Origin: an uncultured Muribaculaceae bacterium
GTDB taxonomy: Bacteria > Bacillota_I > Bacilli_A > RF39 > UBA660
Direction: 5' to 3'
Assembly (NCBI GenBank): GCA_964609995.1
Contig: CAZSTI010000001.1
Coordinates: forward strand, 29,886 to 85,529
Length of the DNA: 55,644 nucleotides
Shown: positions 1-10,600 of the stretch, in pieces
Layout: every line of letters begins with the position of its first letter
How positions within the stretch are numbered: the stretch's first letter is position 1
Position numbers and translations under genes: made by a program
Notes under the pieces: model-generated
Told to the model about the DNA's origin: nothing
The model's database searches: none
The model's input: the letters and a program-made list of their open reading frames with translations, nothing else

Positions 1-2
1 TT

Positions 3-794
3 CAAGAACCAGTAATGACTACTGTAGCTGAAGTTCCAGCTATGCAAGTTGAAACACCAATTCAAGAACCAATTAAAAAGGATTTATATGTAGTAGAAAC
101 AAGTAAAAATAGAACAGTTCGTGTTCCTCAAGTATATTTAGGGTATTTTATTAAGTCAAAAGAAGCAATTGACAAGGGAACTCAAGAACCAGTCGTTGCT
201 GCTGCAAAGGAAGAAACAACTCCAGTTCAAGAGCCGGTTGTTGCTGCTGCGATGGAAGAAACAACTCCAGTTCAAGAACCGATTGTTGTTGTTGCAATGG
301 AAGAACAAATAAAACCTGAAGAAAGCGTTGAAGTGGAAAAACCAAAAGAGATGGATAATGTTTCTGCAATTGGACCAACTTCTAACGATAATATAAAATC
401 TATGATTGAAGATGTTGCGAAAATGAAAAGCGAAAGAGACAATGCTGTTAATGAAAACGAAACTTTACGAGAAAGACTTTTAAAAGAGACAGAAAAAGCT
501 AATTCATTAAACAGTAAATTAAGTGAATTAGAATTAAATAATGGAAAATTATCTGGCGAATTGGTTTCATTAAAAAGTGAATTAGTTGAAGTTAATGATC
601 GTCATAGTCAAGAAAATTCTTTATTAAAAAGTAAATTAACAATAATGGAGAATAAAGTTAATGATTTAACTGATGCGGCTAGTAGGGTTGATGAATATAA
701 AAATAGAGCCGAACAAGCAGAACATAAATTAATATATGTTCTTGATAATTTGCAAGGTGTAATTAATAATGATTCTAAACAAAAAGCAGCTTAA
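3..794 (+). CDS. Repeat-containing coiled-coil protein, 5'-truncated by the window edge
   Basis: The reading frame is open back to the window start; codons before the ATG at 15 read QEPV, matching the internal repeat. It has 15-aa TTPVQEP(V/I)VAAA(K/M)EE repeats, then a Lys/Glu/Leu/Asn-rich heptad-like C-terminal half. A hairpin terminator follows. Confidence 0.6.
   Translation, partial: QEPVMTTVAEVPAMQVETPIQEPIKKDLYVVETSKNRTVRVPQVYLGYFIKSKEAIDKGTQEPVVAAAKEETTPVQEPVVAAAMEETTPVQEPIVVVAMEEQIKPEESVEVEKPKEMDNVSAIGPTSNDNIKSMIEDVAKMKSERDNAVNENETLRERLLKETEKANSLNSKLSELELNNGKLSGELVSLKSELVEVNDRHSQENSLLKSKLTIMENKVNDLTDAASRVDEYKNRAEQAEHKLIYVLDNLQGVINNDSKQKAA
183..305 (+). repeat. In-frame 45-nt (15-aa) tandem repeat, about 2.7 copies (QEPVVAAAKEETTPV units)
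   Basis: Units at 183-227 and 228-272, with a partial unit at 273-305. Related ttcaagaacc seeds also occur at 1 and 61. Confidence 0.8.
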
Positions 795-796
795 TT

Positions 797-820
797 AAAG
801 AGAGAAATCTCTTTTTTTTA
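797..820 (+). terminator. Rho-independent terminator after the coiled-coil gene
   Basis: Short stem aaagaga/tctcttt around a gaaa loop, followed by a T-run. Confidence 0.5.
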
Positions 821-831
821 TTGGTTTATAA

Positions 832-840
832 TGATATAAT
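832..840 (+). promoter_or_regulatory. Extended -10 promoter element (TGaTATAAT) upstream of thiI
   Basis: TGATATAAT lies 20 nt upstream of the thiI ATG. No clear -35 element. Confidence 0.4.
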
Positions 841-859
841 TATAACGAGTTGATTAATT

Positions 860-2044
860 ATGAAAAAAGTTATTATGATTAGATATGCAGAATTATCTAC
901 AAAGAAAGACAATATTAATTATTTTCTAGATAAATTAGAGTCTAATGTTTCAAAATCATTGGATGAGTATAAAATGAAAATTATAAAATATAAATCTAGA
1001 ATGTATATAGATGTTGCTTTCAATCAAAATGAAAAATTAATAATAGAAAAATTAATTGAAATTCCTGGAATAATTGGAATTTCTTTATCTTATGTTGTCA
1101 ATACTTATTTATTAGATATTTCTAATTCAGTTATAGAGATAATTAAGGAATTGGAATTCAATACTTTTAAAGTTGAAACCAAGAGGATAAATAAGGGATT
1201 TAAGTATACTTCAATGGAAGTATCTAAAATTGTTGGAAGCAATGTAATAGATATGTATAATAAAAAAGTAGATATTCATAATCCGGAATTAACAATAAAT
1301 ATTGAAATAAGAGACTCTTTTAATACTTATATATATTTAAATGAATATAAAGGTTTGGGAGGTTATCCAGTAGGAAGTAATGGAAGAGCATTACTTATGT
1401 TGAGTGGGGGCATTGATTCTCCTGTAGCGGCTTATTTATCTATAAAAAGAGGTATATCGATAGATGCAATATATTTTGAATCATTACCACATACAAGTTT
1501 AGAAGCAAGAAATAAAGTTATTAAATTATGTAAGATATTAAATGCTTATTCATATGATATTAATTTATATATAATACCTTTTACAAAATTACAAGAAGAA
1601 ATATATAAAAAAGTAGATAATAGTTATGTTATAACTATTATGAGAAGAATGATGTATAGAATCAGTGAATTGCTTGCTAAGAAGTACGACTTAAAATTAA
1701 TTATTAATGGAGAAAGCATTGGTCAAGTTTCTAGCCAAACCATTTCTAATATATATGTTATAAATGAAGTGACTAAAATGCCTATTATTAGGCCTTTAGC
1801 TTGTATGGATAAAACCGAAATAATAAATATTGCTAAAAAAATTAATACATATGATACAAGTATTCTTCCTTATGAAGATTGTTGTACCATTTTTGTGCCA
1901 GTTCATCCTATACTTAATCCTAGTTTGGAAAAATGTGTAGAATATGAAATGAGAATTGATTATGAAAAGTTAATAATAGAATGTATATCTAATGTTATTA
2001 CGATACCTATTACAAAAGCTAATACATATAAAGATATACTATAA
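860..2044 (+). CDS. thiI: tRNA 4-thiouridine(8) synthase ThiI (short form, no rhodanese domain)
   Basis: THUMP-like N-terminal half plus the PP-loop motif LMLSGGIDSPVAAY. At 394 aa it matches the Bacillus-type short ThiI. Confidence 0.9.
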   Translation: MKKVIMIRYAELSTKKDNINYFLDKLESNVSKSLDEYKMKIIKYKSRMYIDVAFNQNEKLIIEKLIEIPGIIGISLSYVVNTYLLDISNSVIEIIKELEFNTFKVETKRINKGFKYTSMEVSKIVGSNVIDMYNKKVDIHNPELTINIEIRDSFNTYIYLNEYKGLGGYPVGSNGRALLMLSGGIDSPVAAYLSIKRGISIDAIYFESLPHTSLEARNKVIKLCKILNAYSYDINLYIIPFTKLQEEIYKKVDNSYVITIMRRMMYRISELLAKKYDLKLIINGESIGQVSSQTISNIYVINEVTKMPIIRPLACMDKTEIINIAKKINTYDTSILPYEDCCTIFVPVHPILNPSLEKCVEYEMRIDYEKLIIECISNVITIPITKANTYKDIL

Positions 2045-2072
2045 AATATGGTATAATATTTATGGAGGACTT

Positions 2073-3248
2073 ATGAAAATATTATGTATTAATGCAGGTA
2101 GCTCAACAATAAAGTTTCAATTGTTTGAAATGCCTAAAGAAGAAGTATTAGTTTCGGCTAATTTTGAAAAAATTGGAGAACCTAATAGTTTTTATTCATT
2201 TAAAATAAATGGAGAAAAAATTAAAAAAGAAATTGAATTAGAAAATCATAAGATTGCAACTAGTATTTTTTTAAATGAATTAATTAATTTAAAAATAATA
2301 TCTAATTATGATGAAATAGAAGGAATAGGCCATAGAGTAGTTCAAGGTGGAAGTAAATATACAAAGAGTGTAATTATAAATGAAGAGGTAATAAAAGATG
2401 TTGAATCATATATACCTTTGGCTCCACTTCATAATTCTGCAAATTTAATGGGTATAAGTGAAGCAATCAAATTATTACCTAATATTAAGAATGTAGCGGT
2501 TTTTGATACATCTTTTCACCAAACAATGAAAAAGGATCAATATGTATATTCGACACCATATGAATGGTTTGAAAAATATAATGTTAGACGATATGGATTT
2601 CATGGAACAAGTCATAAATATTTATATAGTACTATAAAGAAGTTATTAGATAAAGATTTAAAAGTGATTACTTGTCATTTGGGCAGTGGTTCAAGTATTG
2701 CCGCAATTGATAAAGGAAATGTTGTTGCTACTTCTATGGGATTTACTCCTTTGGGTGGAATAGCAATGGGAACAAGATGTGGAGATATTGATCCTTCAAT
2801 ATTATCTTATATTATGAAAAATACTAATAAATCAATAGATGAAGTTACTAATGATTTAAATAAAAAAAGTGGATTTTTAGGAATAAGTGGAATAAGTGGT
2901 GATTCTAGAGAAATAGAAGATGGAATAGCAGCTGGAAATGATCGATGCAGATTGGCTCAAGATATTTTTGTTAATAGAGTTGTATCATTTGTGTCTTATT
3001 ATTACGTATTATTAAATAAACCAGATGTTATTGTTTTTTCAGCAGGAATAGGAGAGAACTCTTCTATGGTAAGAGAGGAGATAATCAATAAGTTAAATTG
3101 CTTAAATATTTTTGTTGATAAAGAGCAAAACAATGTTAGGGGAAAAATTCAAAAAATATCTAATGATAATTCTGATGTATTATGTTATGTTATTCCTACT
3201 AATGAAGAACTTATGATTGCAAGAGAAACTTATGAATTGATTAGTTAG
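2073..3248 (+). CDS. ackA: Acetate kinase
   Basis: N-terminus MKILCINAGSSTIKFQLF, plus GHRVVQGG and YGFHGTSH motifs. GGAGG RBS at 2064-2068. The track start at 1992 would overlap thiI and adds non-homologous residues. Confidence 0.92.
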   Translation: MKILCINAGSSTIKFQLFEMPKEEVLVSANFEKIGEPNSFYSFKINGEKIKKEIELENHKIATSIFLNELINLKIISNYDEIEGIGHRVVQGGSKYTKSVIINEEVIKDVESYIPLAPLHNSANLMGISEAIKLLPNIKNVAVFDTSFHQTMKKDQYVYSTPYEWFEKYNVRRYGFHGTSHKYLYSTIKKLLDKDLKVITCHLGSGSSIAAIDKGNVVATSMGFTPLGGIAMGTRCGDIDPSILSYIMKNTNKSIDEVTNDLNKKSGFLGISGISGDSREIEDGIAAGNDRCRLAQDIFVNRVVSFVSYYYVLLNKPDVIVFSAGIGENSSMVREEIINKLNCLNIFVDKEQNNVRGKIQKISNDNSDVLCYVIPTNEELMIARETYELIS

Positions 3249-3257
3249 AGAGGTAAT

Positions 3258-4211
3258 ATGTATAAAGAAATATACAAAGAAATAAAGAGCTTTAATAATA
3301 TTGTAATTGCAAGACATATTGGAGCTGATCCGGATGCTTTAGGAGCTCAATTTGCATTAAAATCAATTATATTAAATGCTTTTCCAAAAAAGAAAGTATA
3401 TGCTGCGGGGAGTAGATCTTCTAAGTTTAAATCTATAGGCAAAACTGATTATATAGATGAAAATTTTGATTATTCAAATGCTTTATTAATTGTACTTGAT
3501 ACTCCAATTATAAGAAGAATTGATATTGAAAACTTTGAGAAATATGGAAAAACAATTAAAATAGATCATCATCCTTTTGATGAAAAATTTTGTGAAATAG
3601 AGTGGATAGATGATTCTTATTCAAGCGCTAGTGAAATGATTGCTGATTTGTCTTTAAATACTAAATTAGGTTTAAATAAGGAGGCTTCAGAGTATATTAT
3701 GATTGGAATAATATCTGATTCCAATAGATTTTTATATGAAAATGCTAGTACAAAGACAATAAGATTAGTCTGTGATTTGATTGACAAATATGATATTGAC
3801 AAAAACATTATTTATGAGAAAGTATATATGAGAGATATGAATGAACTTAAATTACAAGGATATATATCTCAAAATATGATTATTACTGATAATAATGTTG
3901 GATACATATGTATAACTGATGATATAATCAAAGAGTATAAAGTTGATGCTGCTAGTGCTGGAAATATGGTAAGTAATTTTTCATTTGTAAGTGAGTTACT
4001 AGTGTGGGTTACTTTTTCAGAAGATATTAAACAAAATTTAATAAGGGTTTCAATTAGATCCAGAGGTCCGGTAATTAATGATATTGCAAGCAAATATAAT
4101 GGCGGAGGTCATAAATTTGCAAGCGGTATTAGAATAAAAAACTTTGATCAAGTTGACGAAATAGTAAAAGAACTTGATGAAGTTGCAAAAAAATATAAGG
4201 AGAATTTATGA
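3258..4211 (+). CDS. nrnA: DHH/DHHA1 phosphoesterase (NrnA-like oligoribonuclease / pAp phosphatase)
   Basis: DHH motifs HIGADPDALGA and KIDHHPF, plus the DHHA1 motif GGGHKFASG. 317 aa. Confidence 0.8.
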   Translation: MYKEIYKEIKSFNNIVIARHIGADPDALGAQFALKSIILNAFPKKKVYAAGSRSSKFKSIGKTDYIDENFDYSNALLIVLDTPIIRRIDIENFEKYGKTIKIDHHPFDEKFCEIEWIDDSYSSASEMIADLSLNTKLGLNKEASEYIMIGIISDSNRFLYENASTKTIRLVCDLIDKYDIDKNIIYEKVYMRDMNELKLQGYISQNMIITDNNVGYICITDDIIKEYKVDAASAGNMVSNFSFVSELLVWVTFSEDIKQNLIRVSIRSRGPVINDIASKYNGGGHKFASGIRIKNFDQVDEIVKELDEVAKKYKENL

Positions 4212-4804
4212 AAATAATAAGTGCAGATATAGTAATAAGTGCAGTTAGACAAAGTCAATATCCTCCTGCAAAATTACCCGAATTTTTAGTGGTAGGAAAA
4301 TCTAATGTAGGAAAAAGTAGTTTTATTAATACTTTAATGAATAGAAAGAGTTTGGCTAGAACTTCAAACAAACCCGGAAGAACTCAAACATTAAATTTTT
4401 ATTTAGTCAATAATGATTTCTATTTGGTTGATGTACCTGGTTATGGATATGCAACTACTACTCAAAAAAAACAATTGAAATTTGGAAAGATGATCGAAGA
4501 GTATATTGAAAATAGAGAGAACTTAAAAGAAGTTTTTATGTTAATAGATTTTAGACATAAACCTTCTAAAGATGATCTTATAATGTATAATTTCTTAAAA
4601 TACTATAATTTGAAAGTTGTGTTGGTTGCTACTAAAGTTGATAAAGTTTCGAAAAATTTAAGAGATAAGAATATTAAGCAAATTAAGAATGCCATAGATT
4701 TAGTAGTTGGAGATTCTTTGTTATTATTTTCAAGTGTTTCTAAAGAGGGTAGAAAAGAAGCACATGATATAATAGGGAAATATTTAGATTTCATAGATGA
4801 TTAA
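4208..4804 (+). CDS. engB: Ribosome biogenesis GTPase YsxC/EngB
   Basis: G1 GKSNVGKSSFIN, G3 DVPGYG, G4 ATKVDK. ATGA start/stop overlap with nrnA. Confidence 0.9.
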   Translation: MKIISADIVISAVRQSQYPPAKLPEFLVVGKSNVGKSSFINTLMNRKSLARTSNKPGRTQTLNFYLVNNDFYLVDVPGYGYATTTQKKQLKFGKMIEEYIENRENLKEVFMLIDFRHKPSKDDLIMYNFLKYYNLKVVLVATKVDKVSKNLRDKNIKQIKNAIDLVVGDSLLLFSSVSKEGRKEAHDIIGKYLDFIDD

Positions 4805-4830
4805 TTAGTCTATGTTTTTTTTTGTAATCG

Positions 4831-4839
4831 TGCTATAAT
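4831..4839 (+). promoter_or_regulatory. Extended -10 promoter element (TGcTATAAT) upstream of der
   Basis: TGCTATAAT lies 24 nt upstream of the der ATG, which is preceded by a GGGGTG RBS. Confidence 0.4.
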
Positions 4840-4862
4840 TTATTAAGTTTTGGGGTGATATT

Positions 4863-6170
4863 ATGAAAATTCCAACTGTAGCATTAATAGGAAAACCAAA
4901 TGTAGGTAAATCTACATTGTTTAATCGTTTTGCAGGAAAAAGAATTTCTATAGTAGATGATGCTCCAGGAGTAACAAGAGATAGAATATACAGTATGTGT
5001 CAGTTTAGAGATCATAAATTTCATCTTATTGATACCGGAGGAATTACACTAGAAAATGGTGAATTTAATAAAGACATAAAAATACAAGCAGAACTTGCAA
5101 TTGATGAAGCTGATGTAATCGTATTTATTGTTGATGGGAAAACTGGTTTGACAATTGAAGATGATGTTATTAATGATATATTAAGAAAGTCAAATAAAAA
5201 AATAATAGTTGCAATTAATAAAATAGATAATAAATTAACTAAAGAAAATTTATATGATTTTTACAAATATGGATATGATGATTATATTTCTATTAGTTCT
5301 GAACACGGCGATAATACTAATGGTTTATTGGAATTAATAGTATCAAATTTTGATAACATTAAAGATGTTGAATATGATTCTTCTATATTAAAATTCTGTG
5401 TAATTGGAAGACCGAATGTGGGTAAATCAAGTTTAATAAATGCTATTTTAAATGAAGACAGATTAATTGTTTCTAATACTCCAAATACTACTAGAGATTC
5501 CGTTGACACTAAGTTTAAATATGATGGAAAAGAGTTTGTTGCTATTGATACTGCAGGTATTAGAAAAAGCGGAAAAGTATATGAGAATATTGAAAGATAT
5601 AGTGCATTAAGGTCATTAAAGGCTATTGATAGAAGTGATGTATGTTTATTGGTATTAAATGTAGAAGAAGGAATAATTGAACAAGATAAACATATAGCGG
5701 GCTATGCGTTAGAAAGTGGAAAAGCAATTGTTATAGTAGTTAATAAGTGGGACAAATCAGATAAAACCATGAAAGAGTTTGAAAAAGATATTAGAAATAA
5801 TTTTGCATTTATGCCTTATTCTCAAATTGTGTTTTTATCAGCTTTAACAAAAAAAAGACTTCATACTTTAATGCCAGAAGTTTTAAGAGCTTATGATAAT
5901 TGGAATAAAGAAATTCAAACTAGTTTATTAAATAATATAATACATGATGCTGTTTCATTAAACCAACCACCTTCATATAAAAGCAAACGATTAAAGATAT
6001 ATTATGTTAATCAAATTGGAATTAAACCCCCTAAGTATTTATTCCAAGTAAATGATAAAACTCTTATTCACTTTTCTTATGAACGATATTTAGAAAATAA
6101 AATTAGAGAATCATTTGATTTAATTGGAACTCCAATAATACTAGTATTTAAAAATAGAGGAGATAAATAA
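4863..6170 (+). CDS. der: Ribosome-associated GTPase Der/EngA (double GTPase domain)
   Basis: Two P-loops (GKPNVGKSTLFN and GRPNVGKSSLIN), NKID and NKWD G4 motifs, and a KH-like C-terminus. Confidence 0.93.
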   Translation: MKIPTVALIGKPNVGKSTLFNRFAGKRISIVDDAPGVTRDRIYSMCQFRDHKFHLIDTGGITLENGEFNKDIKIQAELAIDEADVIVFIVDGKTGLTIEDDVINDILRKSNKKIIVAINKIDNKLTKENLYDFYKYGYDDYISISSEHGDNTNGLLELIVSNFDNIKDVEYDSSILKFCVIGRPNVGKSSLINAILNEDRLIVSNTPNTTRDSVDTKFKYDGKEFVAIDTAGIRKSGKVYENIERYSALRSLKAIDRSDVCLLVLNVEEGIIEQDKHIAGYALESGKAIVIVVNKWDKSDKTMKEFEKDIRNNFAFMPYSQIVFLSALTKKRLHTLMPEVLRAYDNWNKEIQTSLLNNIIHDAVSLNQPPSYKSKRLKIYYVNQIGIKPPKYLFQVNDKTLIHFSYERYLENKIRESFDLIGTPIILVFKNRGDK

Positions 6171-6197
6171 AAGAGATATTAATTTAATATCTCTTTT
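6169..6197. terminator. Bidirectional hairpin terminator between convergent der and the phosphohexomutase gene
   Basis: Perfect 12-bp arms aaaagagatatt / aatatctctttt with a 5-nt loop, an A-run on one side and a T-run on the other. It overlaps the 3' end of the minus-strand gene. Confidence 0.7.
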
Positions 6198-7534
6198 ATT
6201 TTGTTTTCAAATTCTTTTTGTATTTCATTTAATCTAATTTCTGTTTTTGCCTCAAATCTTAATGTAATATTTGGACCAGTATTTGAAGGTCTAACTAACG
6301 CAAAACCATCATCAAATATTACTTTACAACCATCTATATCAAGATATTTATATTTTCTTTCTTTACAATATTCGATTAAATATCTGATTAAAAATTGTTT
6401 TTTATTTTCATCTATTTCCATTTTTAATTCATCAGTAGAATGATATATTTCTATTCCGTCTAATAATTCACTAACTGTTTTATTTGTATTGCTTAATATT
6501 TCTATTAACCTTAATGATGCATAAATTCCATCATCATATCCAGGAAATCTATCATTAAAAAACACATGACCTGATAATTCTCCACCAAATTCTATGTTTT
6601 CAGTTTCAATTTTTGCTCTTAAATAAGAATTGCCAGTTCTTGAACATAACTTGATCCCCCCTAATTTGTCTATTTCATCTTCTAAAGCTTTTGAACATTT
6701 TACATCATATAATATTCTTTTATCATCTAATTTATTTATAATATTTCTTAATATAATAATCATATATTTATCTATTGGAATTAATTCGCCTTTTTCATCG
6801 ACCACTCCAATTCTATCAGCATCACCATCATATGCAAAACCAACATCTGCTTTTTCTTTAATAACCATTTCTGATAAATCTTTTGTGTTTTCTCTAACGC
6901 TTGGATCGGGATGATGATTTGGAAAATTAGGATCAGAATCAGTAAATAAAGGTATATATTCTAAATCCATTAAATTAAATATATCTTTTACTATAATTGA
7001 TGAAGTACCATTTCCGCTATCTATTACAACCTTTAATTTTCTATTTCCTAACCTAATAGATGCCAAAGTAAAGGATATATATCTTTCTTTAATATCTTGA
7101 GTTATTATGGTTCCTTTTCCATTTTTAAACTCACCTTTTTTTACCATTTCTTTAAATTCTTGAATTTGCTCCCCATAAGCATTGTATTTACCATTAAAAG
7201 ATATTTTAAAACCATTATATTCTTTTGGGTTATGACTCGCTGTTATCATTACTCCTGAAGTCGCTTTAAACATATGAAGCGCAAAATAATACATTGGTGT
7301 TGTAACTAAACCAATATTAATTACATCTACACCACTATCTATTATACCTTTGGATAAATTTTCATATATATCAATAGAAGAAGATCTATTATCATATCCC
7401 ACAATAGTAATATACTTTTGTTCTAGTATTAATTTTGTACCAAATGCTCTTCCTATTTTATATGCTAAATCTAGATCAATTTCGCTTCCGTATATTCCTC
7501 TAATATCATATGCTCTAAAAATATGTTCGCTCAT
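6179..7534 (-). CDS. Phosphomannomutase/phosphoglucomutase (alpha-D-phosphohexomutase family)
   Basis: IFRAYDIRGIYG N-terminus, phosphoserine loop TASHNPKEYNGFK, Mg loop YDGDADR, sugar loop GGELSGH. Start chosen at the ATG at 7534 (MSEH...), which has an AGGTGA RBS. The N-terminus is ManB/PGM-like, not the GlmM type FGTDGVRG. Confidence 0.85.
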   Translation of the reverse strand: MSEHIFRAYDIRGIYGSEIDLDLAYKIGRAFGTKLILEQKYITIVGYDNRSSSIDIYENLSKGIIDSGVDVINIGLVTTPMYYFALHMFKATSGVMITASHNPKEYNGFKISFNGKYNAYGEQIQEFKEMVKKGEFKNGKGTIITQDIKERYISFTLASIRLGNRKLKVVIDSGNGTSSIIVKDIFNLMDLEYIPLFTDSDPNFPNHHPDPSVRENTKDLSEMVIKEKADVGFAYDGDADRIGVVDEKGELIPIDKYMIIILRNIINKLDDKRILYDVKCSKALEDEIDKLGGIKLCSRTGNSYLRAKIETENIEFGGELSGHVFFNDRFPGYDDGIYASLRLIEILSNTNKTVSELLDGIEIYHSTDELKMEIDENKKQFLIRYLIEYCKERKYKYLDIDGCKVIFDDGFALVRPSNTGPNITLRFEAKTEIRLNEIQKEFENKIKEILN

Positions 7535-7595
7535 ATTATCACCTACTATAAGCATTATACCATTTTTTTTGAATAATGACTAATTTCTATAAGTA

Positions 7596-7604
7596 TGATA
7601 TAAT
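7596..7604 (+). promoter_or_regulatory. Extended -10 promoter element (TGaTATAAT) upstream of the giant glucan-synthase-like gene
   Basis: TGATATAAT at 7596-7604, followed by an AGGAGG RBS at 7619-7624 and the ATG at 7634. Confidence 0.5.
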
Positions 7605-7633
7605 GTTTGTTGAATAATAGGAGGATTTTTTTA

Positions 7634-10600
7634 ATGCATTTAAAAAGAAAATTTGTTAATAAAAATAAAATAATTTTCAATTATTATAAGAAAGCAATAA
7701 AATTAACTAAAGACAATAGAAGTGTTGGTAGTACTACAGAGTGGCTTATAGATAATTATTATATTATTGATTCACAAAAAAAAGGCTTACTATATTATTT
7801 AAGTACAGACAATTACAAAAATATCAAACATAAAGATAAAACATATGAATTAGTTTATTCAATTTTAAGAGACAAAAATTTTCAATTAAATTATAAATAT
7901 TTATTTAGTGTTTTAAATAAATATCAAGAAGAAACCAATCATTTTTTTTCATATAAAGAAATTGAATATATATATAATTTGATTGGATTAATATTAATAG
8001 ATAGATTGGGAGATTTATGTGCTGTTTTAGATTCGAAATTAATTCAAAAAAAAGAAATAGAAGCTTTATTTGAAAATATAAATAAAAGAAAAGCTGAAGA
8101 AAATTTTAATGTTGATGATGTAATTAAGATAGATGAAACTATACTAAATAAACCATATTATATAGAAGAATTAAATTATAAACTTGGAGAACTTGGAGTG
8201 TCTGCTGAAAAAGTTCAAATAAAAATGGAAGAAATATTTAAGGAAAAAGGCGTTGAATTAAATAAGATAATAACTGAGCAACAAGAGGCACTAATTAATG
8301 AAAATATATTAATTATGAGTATATTTTCTTCTATAAAAAAATCTTCAAAAAATCCTATAGATGTTGAGGGATATGACTTTTATTCAAATATTAGTTTTTC
8401 AGAAAAACTTCTTTTGGAAGAAAAAGCAGGCTTTTATAGTAAAATGACTGATGATAGTAAGTACAGATATAGAAAAGAGATAGAAAAAAAATCAAAACGT
8501 AGTAACGAATATGATTATGTAATAAAGCTTTTAAATTCTGCAAACAAGGAAAATAAACATGTTGGTTTTTATTTGTTTTCTGATAAATGTAATAATATAA
8601 AGGCTTATTTATACATAGCATCTGTCGCTATATTTGCGGTTTTCATGGCCTTGATAGTATATTTATTTACAGATATTTGGGCATTTATCTTAATTTTAAT
8701 TCCTATGATTGGTTTATCTGTAGATATAATTACTCAAATATTACTTAGATTTATAGACGCAAAAGCTTTGTTTTCATTAAAAGTTGAAGACAATATTAAA
8801 AAAGAGCATAGCACAATGGTTGTTATACCCACTATTGTTAAAGATAAAAAAAGAGTAGAAAGTATGTTTGAAAACTTAGAATTGTTTTATCTTTCAAATA
8901 AGAGTGAGAATATATATTTTACTTTGCTTGGTGATGCAGCAGCATCTAAAACTGAAGACACTCCATATGATGAAGAAGTTATAGAAGCTGGAACAAAAAT
9001 TGTTAAAAAATTAAATGAAAAATATGGTGATGAAATATTTTATTTTGCATATAGAAACAGATTTTATAGTGATGATCAAGAGTGCTATTTGGGAAGGGAA
9101 AGAAAAAGAGGAGCTTTAATAGAATTTAATGATTTATTATTAGGGCGTCTTAGCGAAGAAGAAATAAATGCAAAATATAAGATTAATACTTTTAATAAAT
9201 TTAATAAGAAAATTAAATATATAATTACTTTAGACGCTGATACAAAATTGGTTCTTTCTACGGCTTTGAAACTAGTTGGAGTAATGATACATCCTATGAA
9301 CAAACCAATTTTGAATAAAGAAGGAACTAGGGTTATTTTAGGTCATGCGATGATTCAACCGAAAGTAAATATTGAAATTGAAGTAACCGATAAATCAGAA
9401 TATTCTCAACTATATGGTGGTTTAGGTGGATTAGACGTTTATTCAAGAACAACATTTGATTTATATCAAGATGTATTTGACGAAGGTAGTTTTGTTGGAA
9501 AAGGAATATATGATTTGGAGATCTTTCAAAAATTATTAAAGAACACTTTTCCTGACAATTTAATATTAAGTCATGATTTACTAGAAGGAAGTTATTTAAG
9601 ATCTGGTTTTGCCTCTAATATAGAGGTATTTGATGGTTTCCCTTCTAAATATTTAAATGATACAGCAAGGCATCATAGATGGACTAGAGGAGATTGGCAA
9701 ATATTATTTTGGTTAAAAAACAAAATTAGAAATAAAGATAATGAACTTGTGGATAATCCATTAAATTTAATTTCAAAATGGAAAATATTTGACAATTTAA
9801 GAAGAAGTATAAGTCATTTGTTTTTTATGCTATTTTTATTATATGGTTTTACAATTGGAAAAGGAAATCCAAATATATATCTTTGCTTTGCATTATTAAC
9901 TATTTCTATTCCAATAATATTTTATATAATCTCTTTATTTAGAAAAAGAAAATACACTATATTTTTAAAATATTATTTAAATTTAATTAGAGGCTTTTTA
10001 TCTATTTTAATAAAATCTTCAGTAGCTATTTCAGTTTTACCTTTTGAAACTCATTTATATACTGATGCTATAGTAAGAACTATTAACAGATTATTTATAA
10101 GCAAAAAACATAGATTAGATTGGGTTACTGCGGACGAAGTGGAAAAAAGATCTAAAGGTGATATAAAAACATATATAACTAATTTTAATTATTCAACAAT
10201 AATAACATTGGCGTTTGTATCTTTATCTCTAATATTTAAACCAGAATATTATTATTTAATACTACCCATATCATTTGCTTGGTTATTTGCGCCTATATTA
10301 ATGTATTTATTAAGCAAAGATTTTAAAAGAAAAAAGGATCATTTATCGGAAACTATATTGGATGAATATGAAAAAATTGCATTTAAAACATGGAAATATT
10401 TTGAACACTATTTAGTAAAGAAATATAATTATTTAATACCTGATAATTATCAATTAAATAGAAGAAATAAACTTGATTATAGAACGTCATCGACTAATAT
10501 TGGATTTTCTTTATTAGCAATTATATGTGCATATGAATTAAAATTCATTAAATTAGAAGAAGCTATAGATAAAATCTCAAATATTATTAATAGTATAGAA

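Noticed and set aside
151-378. This and all other short antisense or alternative-frame ORFs in the six-frame track: 3617-3808, 3869-4093, 4603-4794, 5282-5509, 6201-6443, 6630-6914, 7350-7583, 8391-8621, 9085-9303, 12208-12429, 15142-15369, 17408-17662, 18542-18748, 19185-19514, 19833-20102, 22839-23195, 25020-25220, 26237-26431, 26846-27124, 30313-30534, 30886-31194, 34729-34959, 37503-37724, 40383-40616, 41034-41339, 41839-42111, 47258-47461, 49042-49242, 49548-49769, 50503-50799, 50935-51165, 51084-51431, 51579-51791, 52903-53130, 53871-54185, 54740-54943, 54864-55046 and 55188-55427.
   Set aside because: Each lies inside or opposite a well-supported gene, lacks an RBS, and translates to low-complexity Leu/Ile/Phe/Ser-rich sequence. 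That is what the antisense of AT-rich coding DNA is expected to produce.
1992-2072. Upstream in-frame extension of ackA. Similar N-terminal extensions in the track affect the phosphohexomutase (7555), the giant ORF (7607), gatB (18784), LtaS-like 1 (23582), the Cys-repeat gene (35528), rpsB (40060), parC (42018), divIB (46498), the small TM protein (49597), PP2C (51007) and pilin 1 (55006).
   Set aside because: In each case a downstream ATG or GTG sits at proper spacing from a GGAGG-type RBS and yields the family-typical N-terminus. The extensions overlap upstream genes or add non-homologous residues.
6179-7534. Phosphohexomutase as GlmM (phosphoglucosamine mutase).
   Set aside because: The N-terminus reads AYDIRGIYG rather than the GlmM-type FGTDGVRG. 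Overall the motifs look ManB/PGM-like, and the context next to the glucan-synthase-like gene and pgi favours a hexose-phosphate role. This is not proven without a phylogeny.
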